From assembly GCA_002773725.1 (NCBI GenBank), contig PFAH01000002.1:59590-123589 (forward strand): a DNA stretch of 64,000 nt, written 5' to 3'. This DNA is from Candidatus Colwellbacteria bacterium CG10_big_fil_rev_8_21_14_0_10_42_22. GTDB lineage: Bacteria; Patescibacteriota; Minisyncoccia; UBA6257; Colwellbacteraceae. The notes below the pieces were generated by a model. The model did no database searches, was not told where the DNA came from, and saw only the letters and a list, made by a program, of their open reading frames with translations. The translations under genes were made by a program, and so were the position numbers. Positions 1-9,036 of the stretch are shown one piece after another. How positions within the stretch are numbered: the stretch's first letter is position 1; every line of letters begins with the position of its first letter.

Positions 1-491
1 TGGAGGGAAAGCTTAATATTGTCTTCTATTATCTTTTTGAATCCCTGAACCGTTGTTCGGCTATAAAGAGAAAACCCCTTATTTAAATCATCACCAGACG
101 CTAAGTAGGGCACAACGCGGGCTTTAATATAGCGTTCCAAAAACTCCACATCCACTAAGTTGCCCGGATCTTCCATGGCCACCAATATTGACCCATCTTG
201 ATTGCGTCCAAAAGGCACAGTTCTCTTCTGGCGAGCAACGTCTTCGGGTAAAAGATTTAATATATTTGTATCAATATCTTTTTCTCCCAACTGGGCAAGG
301 GGAACATTTAAATATCTCGATGCTAAGTTAAGAAAATACTCATTAGTAATAATATTTCTAGATATTAGAACTTCGGCAATAGTATTGCCGAGGCGAGTCG
401 CCTCCTCTGCAATGGAGTTGAAAGATTCTTCTGTTACTAGCCCGTCGGCTAGAAGCATTTCTTTTAATTTTGAATCTGGAATTGTAGTCAT
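1..491 (-). CDS. pilB: Type II/IV secretion-family ATPase (PilB/GspE-like), N-terminal part only; the gene runs off the window edge
   Basis: Hand translation of the minus strand from ATG at 491-489 gives MTTIPDSKLKEMLLADGLVTEESFNSIAEEATRLGNTIAEVLISRNIITNEYFLNLASRYLNVPLAQL..., the typical N-terminal (MshEN/GspE_N) domain of pilus assembly ATPases. It is absent from the ORF track because it is truncated at position 1, and it sits beside the pilin gene. Confidence 0.6.
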   Translation of the reverse strand, partial: MTTIPDSKLKEMLLADGLVTEESFNSIAEEATRLGNTIAEVLISRNIITNEYFLNLASRYLNVPLAQLGEKDIDTNILNLLPEDVARQKRTVPFGRNQDGSILVAMEDPGNLVDVEFLERYIKARVVPYLASGDDLNKGFSLYSRTTVQGFKKIIEDNIKLSL

Positions 492-547
492 ACTAAGAAA
501 TGGGGTGATAAAACCCTTCTTTATTCAATTTTAACACAAACCCACGT

Positions 548-1144
548 TTAGATTTTGAGCAAAAGCCAAATATCAGACTTCACGAAGGGTGAGTACCAGA
601 TAAACGTCATTAACAGAGCGGCTGTTGACCATAAATAGTAAAGGGGTAGTCTGGCATTTCTTGCCTCTTTAACCATTTCGAATATATGCCAGAACAAATA
701 TACGACCAGTATTGAAAAAAGATATATTAGAATCCCCGGATAACTAGATAGAAACATAAAGAGCCCCGCAATATATGATTCTTCTTCTTCAAATATCAGT
801 CCGCCTCTTTTAGCATTAATAGCTTCTAGGGCTTTTATAAAAATAAGGGCTAAAAGAAGTGCAATTAAATAAGGAAAAAAGAAATGATAAGAAATGTACT
901 TAAAGTAATATGTGCCCTGTTCTCCAAAAAAAAGGAATCGGCCCAACTCATTGCCTTGCCAAATTTTATATTGCAGATATGAAAGGTATGAGCTATAAGC
1001 CAAAACAGCTCCTCCAAATATATAAAATAAACGCTTCGCACGCTCAACTGCCCTAACTGAACCAGCTTGGAACAACCCCAAAACTATACCAACCGCCACA
1101 AGAACAAGGGCGGTCGGTATAAAACTAACAAAAAATTCGCTCAA
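548..1144 (-). CDS. Hypothetical polytopic membrane protein within the pilus locus
   Basis: 198 aa with several hydrophobic helices (VLVAVGIVLGLF, LIALLLALIFI, ILIYLFSILVVYLFW). It lies between pilin and the PilB-like ATPase. No prepilin-peptidase Asp motifs were recognised. Confidence 0.45.
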   Translation of the reverse strand: MSEFFVSFIPTALVLVAVGIVLGLFQAGSVRAVERAKRLFYIFGGAVLAYSSYLSYLQYKIWQGNELGRFLFFGEQGTYYFKYISYHFFFPYLIALLLALIFIKALEAINAKRGGLIFEEEESYIAGLFMFLSSYPGILIYLFSILVVYLFWHIFEMVKEARNARLPLYYLWSTAALLMTFIWYSPFVKSDIWLLLKI

Positions 1145-1151
1145 ATTGATA

Positions 1152-1703
1152 CTAGTCAGTTATAAGGTCTAACCCCGGATCGTTACCAATCTCGTAAACT
1201 GCAGCATCTGTTCCTCCATCACCACCATCTAGGTCTTCGGTAGTGGCATATTTGGTGCTCTCTAGAACGGTTGTTAACTCCCAAGTGTCAGTAGTGCTAG
1301 AGCCGTTATAACAATAAGCATAATTTCCACTGTTTGTGGGATCTATTGGCAAGACGGACAAAGGAGACCCTCCCGTAAGTTCGTCAAAATCAACATAAAC
1401 CCATCCAACGCCACCCGTTGTTCTAACAGCCGTTGTGCTAGCAGTCATAGCTTCATCGCACGCTCCCGAGGCCTGCGTTACGGTCGTCACTCCAGTACCA
1501 ACAGCGGGGCTAGAGGTTGAAACCAGATAGAGACCAAGGGCAGAATTGATACTAGACAAATCCTGCAACCTCTGTGAGTCCCTCGCCTGCTTCAAAAGCT
1601 CAGCGGGGTTTAGAACTACTACTACTGCGGAAGCCAAAACACCCAAGATGCCAATGACAATCAGCAGTTCAACTAAAGTAAAACCTTTTTTTGTTTGTTC
1701 CAT
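1152..1703 (-). CDS. pilA: Type IV pilin / pseudopilin with prepilin N-terminal cleavage-methylation motif
   Basis: The N-terminus MEQTKKGFTLVELLIVIGILGVLASAVVV is the classic G/FTLxE class III signal plus hydrophobic helix. The C-terminal part is Thr/Gly-rich. Confidence 0.85.
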   Translation of the reverse strand: MEQTKKGFTLVELLIVIGILGVLASAVVVVLNPAELLKQARDSQRLQDLSSINSALGLYLVSTSSPAVGTGVTTVTQASGACDEAMTASTTAVRTTGGVGWVYVDFDELTGGSPLSVLPIDPTNSGNYAYCYNGSSTTDTWELTTVLESTKYATTEDLDGGDGGTDAAVYEIGNDPGLDLITD

Positions 1704-1743
1704 TTTATTAAGCTTAAAAACGACTTTTTATTTTATTACTCTT

Positions 1744-1767
1744 ATTATACCAAATATATGGGGGGGG
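1744..1767 (-). promoter_or_regulatory. Putative pilin promoter: extended -10 (TGGTATAAT on the minus strand) with an 8-nt homopolymeric C tract (G8 on plus, 1760-1767) in the spacer/-35 region
   Basis: Minus-strand reading is ...CCACCACCCCCCCCATATATTTGGTATAATAAG...ATG; the TATAAT lies about 40 nt upstream of the pilin start. Confidence 0.4.
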
Positions 1768-1784
1768 TGGTGGATAATTAAGAT

Positions 1785-2189
1785 TTATTTATTTACTACT
1801 TTTTTAATCTCCTCTACTAGTGTATCTATGGGCATTTGGGCTTTTACGAAATAGTTAATTACGCCTAATTGTTTACCTCTTTCAATATCGCTACTCTGTC
1901 CTAAATTAGATGTAATAATGACAGGCGCCCTATCTAAGGTTGGATCTGCCTGAATTTCTTCCAGTACTTCAAACCCCGATTTTTGAGGCAATATAATGTC
2001 TAAAAGTATCAAATCCGGCTTAGTTTCAGCTCTTAATATAGATAGCGCTTCTTCACCCGTCATAGCCCTAACTACCTTCAAACCGGCTTTTTGCAAACGA
2101 GTTGTTAGAAGGCTCGACAAAAAGGGGTCGTCTTCGACTAGAAGAATTGTCTTGTCTCCCATTTCTGCTTGTATTTTATCTTCGGGCAT
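1785..2189 (-). CDS. Stand-alone response regulator receiver domain (CheY-like)
   Basis: 134 aa: ILLVEDDPFLSSLLTTRLQKAGLKV...PDLILLDIILP...GFEVLEEI...PVIITSN...; the acidic pocket and phospho-acceptor Asp context are typical of REC domains. Confidence 0.8.
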   Translation of the reverse strand: MPEDKIQAEMGDKTILLVEDDPFLSSLLTTRLQKAGLKVVRAMTGEEALSILRAETKPDLILLDIILPQKSGFEVLEEIQADPTLDRAPVIITSNLGQSSDIERGKQLGVINYFVKAQMPIDTLVEEIKKVVNK

Positions 2190-2213
2190 ATCTCATTAAT
2201 TGTATGCTAAAAG

Positions 2214-2241
2214 AAAAGTCCGCTCAAATGAACGGACTTTT
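2214..2241. terminator. Symmetric hairpin with T-tracts on both strands; probable terminator of the 16S transcript
   Basis: AAAAGTCCG-ctcaaatgaa-CGGACTTTT followed by TCTT on plus and TCTTTT on minus. Confidence 0.5.
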
Positions 2242-2367
2242 CTTAAAACGCTTTTTAGTTGTCCCAAGATATCTTGGCAACAAAATCTTTTAATCCAGTA
2301 ACTCTGGATAATCGAGACTTGAAGACTCCTCGATCAACATCTCCCCGATTTAGGTCGGGGACCTATT

Positions 2368-3848
<1,481 letters not shown>

Positions 3849-4114
3849 ATTAATTCTCTCTGAAGTTGAGCTCCAAAGGGAATAGACTTTGTCTACCTAA
3901 TGTAGATCTACCTGCCGATGGGCAGGTTTGGGACAACTAAAAAGCGTTCTGCTTTTTCTATAAGAAAATTCCACCTCTACAAAAGCTTATATATTTTGCC
4001 GAAGGGGCATAAGCATCTGTAGAGGTGGAACCTCTATTTCTTAAAGTTCTCGTATGTCAGTTGTCTTTATGGCTGTTCCATAATGTATAACAATTCATAA
4101 CCGACCGTCTCCAT

Positions 4115-4142
4115 ATTATATGAGTCAAATGTATGTCGTCAA
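4115..4142 (-). promoter_or_regulatory. Near-consensus sigma70-type promoter for the 16S rRNA (TTGACG-N16-TATAAT)
   Basis: Minus-strand reading is TTGACGacatacatttgactcaTATAAT about 250 nt upstream of the 16S 5' end; the leader contains an 11-bp stem (3971-3981 with 4018-4028). Confidence 0.5.
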
Positions 4143-4184
4143 CCCTGCCTGCCGGTAGACAAGGATCGGGGCAAGCCCCATCAG

Positions 4185-4209
4185 AAAAGCCCCCACTACG
4201 GGGGCTTTT
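4185..4209. terminator. GC hairpin (AAAAGCCCCC-actac-GGGGGCTTTT), a bidirectional intrinsic terminator downstream of the 4287-6791 gene
   Basis: Perfect 10-bp stem flanked by an A-tract and a T-tract. Confidence 0.6.
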
Positions 4210-4286
4210 CTTTTAAGAGTTCGTTTTGTCTAGGACACTCACTTTACCAACACGCCTACTCGTAGGCAATGCTGGTTCAACACAGG

Positions 4287-6791
4287 TTACACTAGTGCGG
4301 CAGACCTTTTGTCACGTCCAGCGACAAAGTAACGAACTGCAAAGTAGATCAAGAGGATGAGTAAGAACAGCCACAAGATCGGGCTCGTGAAGAAATCACG
4401 CAAGCTGTCTAGAAGTAAAGCGGTGAAAGTTCCGCCAACCCTACCGCTAATCAACTCTCCAAAAGTGTGTTCGTCAATAACGGTCACAACTTTACGAGTT
4501 CCGCTGTCTGTGTATTCCACGTCAGCAGTAAAGCGGATAGTGTCATTTACATCGACACTGTTGCTTACCTCTGTGGTAATCACGAATGAATCTTGTTCGT
4601 CCGGACTGATGGTGCCGATATTAAATGTCAGCACATCATTTCGGTCATTGTCGGCATTCGGATCTGCATCAACGAAATCAAGCTCACGAGGGAGATCAAC
4701 TAACAGTTGTGCATCGGTGAAGGTTTCATCGGTGCGATTCTCGTAAGAAACTGTGTAGCTAATCTCGCGACTATCCTCAGCGCCGATTCTGTCAGCGTCA
4801 AGGGTAATTATGAGAGCTTCTATTTCTGGCTCTTCTTCTACTTCAACCGTCCTGAAAACTTCAACAATTCGGGTAACTACGTTTACTATCGGAGCTCCAG
4901 TACGGAAACTTCTAACAAAACCGTAGTCGGTACCCTCACTGTTTCTAGCTACAGCGCGGTAGTAGTAAGTAGTTTGAGAAGCGAGACCGGTGATTCTGTA
5001 GTCGAAATCGATATTATCGTTATCGCCTATATCATCGCGAGAGGTCTCCCTGTTAAGATTAGAGACACTAGTGCCCCATTGGAACCACACATCTGTGTCG
5101 TTACCATTGGCATCAACATCGCCCTCTAGAGTAGCTTCGTTTTGTCCAACTCCAGTCGGAGCCAAAGTAGTTACATCGGGCCCTTCGTCAGATGAACTTC
5201 CACCGTTTTCGTCTGTAGTAAAGCTTCTAGTAGAACCCTCATCTTCCTCACCACCGTCATCTTCTATAAAACAACGGAAGTAATACTTAGTGTCCTCGTC
5301 GAGACCAGAAATGATCTTTGTAACTATTTCATTTGTCTCTCCATCTTGAACACTTATTTTAGAGGTCTTTTCATCTAAGTCGGTGTCTTCACCCCACTCA
5401 AACCAAACATCGGCATCGTCGCCATTAGTATCAACTTCACAGCGCAAACGGGCGCTATCTTCATCTATCCTATCGGCAGACAAGGTTGTGGCGCTTGGCT
5501 TGTCGCCTGATCCACCGCCGTTATCGTCTGTAGTGAAGTTCAAAATATTACCCCTGTCTGTGCCTTCGCTATTTTTAGCTACACAGCGGAAGTAATACTT
5601 AGTGTCCTCATCCAAGTCGTCAATGTCTATTTCAACTCTTTCGTTAGTTTCATCAGCATCAACATCAACCTTAGATGTGTCTTCATCGAGATCATCGTCG
5701 TCCTCGCCCCACTCAAACCAAACTTCAGTATCATTGCCATTAGCATCTACATCACAACGCAAGGTTGCACTATCTTCGTCTACGTCAGTAGCAGAGACAG
5801 TAGTTGCCTCGGGCGCGTCTTCTGTTGGTCCGGGATCGTCATCGTCTGTAGTGAAGTTCAAAATATTACCCCTGTCTGTGCCTTCGCTATTTTTAGCTAC
5901 ACAGCGGAAGTAATACTTAGTGTCTTCGTCGAGACCGGTAGCAACTCTAGTAAAAGAGAAGGTGTCATTGTTCTTGCCAATAATTCTTACACTGGTCTCT
6001 TTATTTAAGTTGTTGCTATTCTCACCGTACTCAAACCAAGCTTCTGTGTTGGCTCCATTGGGGTCAACATCACAATGCAATGTAGCACTGTTTCTATCTA
6101 CGTTTGTAGCAGAGACAGTGGTGGCTTCGGGTGCACCCCCTGTTGGTCCAGGATTCTCGTCACCATTAACCCTGAAACTAACTACGACGAAGCCAGCGTT
6201 TCTCTCGCCGGGCTTAATATTCCCGACTGAAAGACCGCTACTATCAAGCACGTCCTCTGGGTCGCCCGAGAGAGGAACTTCGTGCACTGGGTTCCAGTGA
6301 GTGGTCTGAACAGTAGCAAGATGATCCACATCTGTAATCTTTCCGTCTCCGGTTAAATTAACAACCACTGTTTCGGCTTTCTGGGGAGCGTTATTCGCCC
6401 AGATATAACCCCTGATAACCACTTTGCGACCATCAGATGAAATAGTCGGATATATCCTCACTTTGGCACCGTTGGCTCTATCGTCACCGGTATTATTGAA
6501 AAATAATACGGCAGCAACTTTATCACCAAGTTCGGCGTTTACGCTTTGATTTTGCCAATTATAGGTTCCTCCTTGATTAGTGGAGCTCCCTACTCGTAGA
6601 AAATCATAAGGTTGAGAGCCCTGATTAAATACGGCAGCGGCGAAAACGGTGTTAATCAACGGTAGCGCTAAGTTAGCTGCCACAAATAAACCAGTTACAA
6701 TGGCTATCAATCCTTTTCTTTGACCTTTTAACAAATTAGTCATTTGTTTTTTGTATTTATTTTTAACCTTTATGCGAGCTTTATTACCCAC
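4287..6791 (-). CDS. Large acidic cell-surface repeat protein with N-terminal signal anchor, four tandem ~106-aa repeats and a C-terminal TM plus basic tail
   Basis: 834 aa. N-terminal hydrophobic segment GLIAIVTGLFVAANLALPLINTVFA. Repeats of ...ATTVSATxVDxxSATLxCDVDxNGxDTEVWFEWGED...DTKYYFRCVAKNSEGTDRGNILNFTTDD (fibronectin-III/Ig-like feel). C-terminus ILWLFLLILLIYFAVRYFVAGRDKRSAALV. Confidence 0.65.
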   Translation of the reverse strand: MGNKARIKVKNKYKKQMTNLLKGQRKGLIAIVTGLFVAANLALPLINTVFAAAVFNQGSQPYDFLRVGSSTNQGGTYNWQNQSVNAELGDKVAAVLFFNNTGDDRANGAKVRIYPTISSDGRKVVIRGYIWANNAPQKAETVVVNLTGDGKITDVDHLATVQTTHWNPVHEVPLSGDPEDVLDSSGLSVGNIKPGERNAGFVVVSFRVNGDENPGPTGGAPEATTVSATNVDRNSATLHCDVDPNGANTEAWFEYGENSNNLNKETSVRIIGKNNDTFSFTRVATGLDEDTKYYFRCVAKNSEGTDRGNILNFTTDDDDPGPTEDAPEATTVSATDVDEDSATLRCDVDANGNDTEVWFEWGEDDDDLDEDTSKVDVDADETNERVEIDIDDLDEDTKYYFRCVAKNSEGTDRGNILNFTTDDNGGGSGDKPSATTLSADRIDEDSARLRCEVDTNGDDADVWFEWGEDTDLDEKTSKISVQDGETNEIVTKIISGLDEDTKYYFRCFIEDDGGEEDEGSTRSFTTDENGGSSSDEGPDVTTLAPTGVGQNEATLEGDVDANGNDTDVWFQWGTSVSNLNRETSRDDIGDNDNIDFDYRITGLASQTTYYYRAVARNSEGTDYGFVRSFRTGAPIVNVVTRIVEVFRTVEVEEEPEIEALIITLDADRIGAEDSREISYTVSYENRTDETFTDAQLLVDLPRELDFVDADPNADNDRNDVLTFNIGTISPDEQDSFVITTEVSNSVDVNDTIRFTADVEYTDSGTRKVVTVIDEHTFGELISGRVGGTFTALLLDSLRDFFTSPILWLFLLILLIYFAVRYFVAGRDKRSAALV
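5165..6125. repeat. Tandem near-identical DNA repeats (period about 318 bp, 3+ copies) inside the surface-protein gene
   Basis: Identical about 75-nt blocks (gtgaagttcaaaatattacccctgtctgtgccttcgctatttttagctacacagcggaagtaatacttagtgtc) start at 5533 and 5851; related copies occur near 5270 and 5908. Confidence 0.7.
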
Positions 6792-6935
6792 ATTTAAACC
6801 CTTGACGCTTTATTTTCAAGAGTTTAGGCGTAGGTCCCTCCGACTATTTTGTGCGCGAACACACATTTCGTCGGAGGGATTTTTCGGATCTTAGACAGAC
6901 CCGAATATAGCCAGGACGCTACCTACACGGAATCG

Positions 6936-8195
6936 TTACGGGATAGTCGGCTGACTACCACCACCCTCGGTGGTGGCGGACGACTCTGTCGGGATGGTGG
7001 GCTGTCCGGAGCAAGCTTCGGGGTTCTCCACCTCCGGGACGTTGAACCTATAGGAGCGACTCGTCGATGCTCCAAGGTTGTCCGTCGCCGTCACGGTGAC
7101 GGTGTGCCGACCCAAGTAGTACGGGCCATTTGCCAGAGAGAACACAACCGACCTCACGCCGTCTGGATCGGAAACGTTCGCTCCGAAGACGACCTCTGCG
7201 AAACCTTCACAATTCGTCTCCCCGAGCGTCGCCGAAATCGAGATGATTTCAGGGCCGACATTTGGGGTCGTAGTCGTGGTCGGTTCAGTGGTCGTCGGCA
7301 CCTCGGTCGTCGTCGAACCCTCGGTGGTCGTCGTTGAGCCACCACCCCCTCGGGTTGTCGGCGGTTCATAGGGCGCCGTCGACGAAGGAACCTCGCAGGT
7401 GCGGCATGGAATGCCGCACTCATTGAGAACGCCGAGCACCATCAGACGAAACTCGTCCGCTTCCCACGCTCCGGGGTGATCCAGAAGATGAGCATCGATG
7501 AGGGCGTACACCCTGTCGATGTCTCCTTGGATGTAGCCGAGCTTTTCGCTCAGCCACCCGCGAAGATTCGCGATTTCCTGGTCGTTGCCAGCCACGTCCG
7601 CCTTCAGGGCGCCAACACGCGGACCGAAGTCGAGTGTGAACCGCTCGAAGTCAGAGCGAAGGTTGGCGATGGAAGTCACGACTCCGTCGATGCGGTCGTC
7701 GACGGCGCTGATATCACCGGCATTCCGGCCGGCGATGGCGAGCGCCAACACCGTGCCAATCGTGGCGATCAAGATCGCCACGGCACCAAGACCGGCGAGG
7801 AACCGACGACCGTTCCGGCCGTGGGCCTCACCCCGCAAACGCTCATCGCGCTCGCGGTCGAGGTCTCGACGGAGCCGGTCTTCGACGGCCTGATCGGCCG
7901 CCTGGACTTGACCCCAGAGACGACCGAATGCGTTTGTGATCGCATTCGCCGTCTCTCCCGGAATCCGAGCCACGTCGGCACGGATGTCGGAGACCGCGGT
8001 CTCCACTGCATTGATACGGCGACGCGCCGACTTGTCTTTGGACATCTTGTTTCCCTTCTTTCGGGGAGCCTGACGCTTATGGTGATAACAGTAGGGCGGG
8101 TTGGTACCCACTCTAATGCGATTACCGCAGTGGGCTCCGTCCTTTCTATTACCATTGCACAGCATCAGACCCTCCTCTCTAGGGAGTGCTAGCAT
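6936..8195 (-). CDS. GC-rich island protein: cytoplasmic N-region, single TM, extracytoplasmic domain, Thr-rich linker and Ig-like C-terminal domain. The start is uncertain; the internal Met (MSKDKSARRR) at about 8045 may be the true start.
   Basis: 419 aa. TM segment FLAGLGAVAILIATIGTVLALAIAG. Linker TTTTEGSTTTEVPTTTEPTTTTTP. C-terminal beta-rich VVFSLANGPYYLGRHTVTVTATDNLGAS. The region's GC is markedly above the flanks, so overlapping opposite-strand ORFs (7476-8192+, 6849-7337+, 7154-7423-, 7585-7893+, 7769-8155-) are taken as stop-poor GC artefacts. Confidence 0.45.
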   Translation of the reverse strand: MLALPREEGLMLCNGNRKDGAHCGNRIRVGTNPPYCYHHKRQAPRKKGNKMSKDKSARRRINAVETAVSDIRADVARIPGETANAITNAFGRLWGQVQAADQAVEDRLRRDLDRERDERLRGEAHGRNGRRFLAGLGAVAILIATIGTVLALAIAGRNAGDISAVDDRIDGVVTSIANLRSDFERFTLDFGPRVGALKADVAGNDQEIANLRGWLSEKLGYIQGDIDRVYALIDAHLLDHPGAWEADEFRLMVLGVLNECGIPCRTCEVPSSTAPYEPPTTRGGGGSTTTTEGSTTTEVPTTTEPTTTTTPNVGPEIISISATLGETNCEGFAEVVFGANVSDPDGVRSVVFSLANGPYYLGRHTVTVTATDNLGASTSRSYRFNVPEVENPEACSGQPTIPTESSATTEGGGSQPTIP

Positions 8196-8240
8196 GTGCT
8201 AAGTGTCCACCATTTCTGACGGACACTTAGCACATGCTAG
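8189..8240. repeat. Perfect 20-bp inverted repeat (CTAGCATGTGCTAAGTGTCC ... GGACACTTAGCACATGCTAG) with a 12-nt loop at the right edge of GC-rich island A
   Basis: Both arms read directly; the reverse complement of the right arm equals the left arm. It overlaps the annotated ATG (8195-8193) of the island ORF. Confidence 0.8.
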
Positions 8241-8557
8241 GTGTAGATTTTTTGTCCTGCTATTTTCCTATATGAATAGGTTGATAAATGTACAAAGCAG
8301 AAAGCGACAGAATTACTGCCTTTTACCTCTTATTTGGTACTTTCTACCATATGGTAAGTTTATACCACGACTTGACTAAAAAGTCAAGACATATGTGGCC
8401 ATTACTATTCTACCTCGTTAGAAGCAGGGCGCAAGAGTACGTCCGACAGCTCCCTAGGGGTAGCTTGATTTTAACGGGGCTCAAGTAAACGGGATTGACT
8501 ATATCCCCATAATTACTGATAATAAGCCCGTTAAACCTTATGCCGTTAGAGATTATT

Positions 8558-8581
8558 ATGTATTACGCATACGTAATACAT
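8558..8581. promoter_or_regulatory. 10-bp perfect inverted repeat with 4-nt spacer (ATGTATTACG-cata-CGTAATACAT) about 80 bp upstream of rpmE; candidate operator
   Basis: Read directly. The half-site words resemble the CGTAAT/ATTACG words of Firmicutes Zur boxes, but in swapped order. Confidence 0.3.
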
Positions 8582-8663
8582 AGCAAAAAGGGGTTTTAAT
8601 GAAGAATTTTAGATTTCTTTAAGCTAATCTAATCACGAAGTCATTACAAATAAGTTAAATTTA

Positions 8664-8987
8664 ATGAAAAAGGATACCCACCCAACATACTACAAAAACT
8701 CAAAAACTCTGTGTTCATGCGGGAAAACGCATGAAATTGGCTCTACTCGGGAGAAAATGGAGGTAGAAATTTGTTCTAACTGTCACCCCTTCTTCACGGG
8801 TCAAGAACGACTTGTTGATACTGCTGGAAGAGTAGAAAAGTTTAAGGCGCGACGAGCGAAGGCGGAACTCACAAAGGCATCTATTAAAAGCAGGTCTGCT
8901 TCCAAAAGAAAACCAAAAATAGCCAAAACCGAAAAAATTAAGCCCACTAAGAAACCCAAGAAGACCCCCGAAAAGACATCCAAGTAA
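8664..8987 (+). CDS. rpmE: 50S ribosomal protein L31 (zinc-ribbon C+ form) with an unusually long Lys-rich C-terminal extension
   Basis: MKKDTHPTYYKNSKTLCSCGKTHEIGSTREKMEVEICSNCHPFFTG matches the L31 HPxY...CxCG...CxxCH signature. An extra tail of about 35 residues follows (KRKPKIAKTEKIKPTKKPKKTPEKTSK). Confidence 0.85.
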   Translation: MKKDTHPTYYKNSKTLCSCGKTHEIGSTREKMEVEICSNCHPFFTGQERLVDTAGRVEKFKARRAKAELTKASIKSRSASKRKPKIAKTEKIKPTKKPKKTPEKTSK

Positions 8988-9036
8988 ATCCCCCGAAAGG
9001 CGCTTACTTTGTAAGCACCACGAGGCAGGTGGACCT

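Noticed and set aside
202-534. Plus-strand 110-aa ORF
   Set aside because: Low-complexity, non-protein-like translation. The opposite strand encodes a clear PilB/GspE N-terminal domain that runs off the window edge.
548-1144. Possibility that the 198-aa membrane protein is the prepilin peptidase (PilD)
   Set aside because: It is too short, and the conserved A24 Asp-containing motifs were not recognised. It is left as a hypothetical membrane protein.
6849-8192. Multiple overlapping ORFs on both strands in GC-rich island A (6849-7337+, 7154-7423-, 7476-8192+, 7585-7893+, 7769-8155-)
   Set aside because: High GC suppresses stop codons. Only the minus-strand 419-aa frame has a TM segment and a coherent domain layout, and the others are Arg/Pro/Ser-rich low-complexity. 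The strand assignment still carries some uncertainty.
8288-8488. 66-aa plus-strand ORF in the AT-rich intergenic region upstream of rpmE
   Set aside because: No start context and an odd composition. The region looks like a non-coding spacer with hairpins.
8558-8581. Calling the rpmE upstream palindrome a Zur box
   Set aside because: The half-site order is inverted relative to known Zur boxes, and the downstream L31 is the Zn-ribbon form, which is usually not Zur-repressed. It is kept only as a generic candidate operator.
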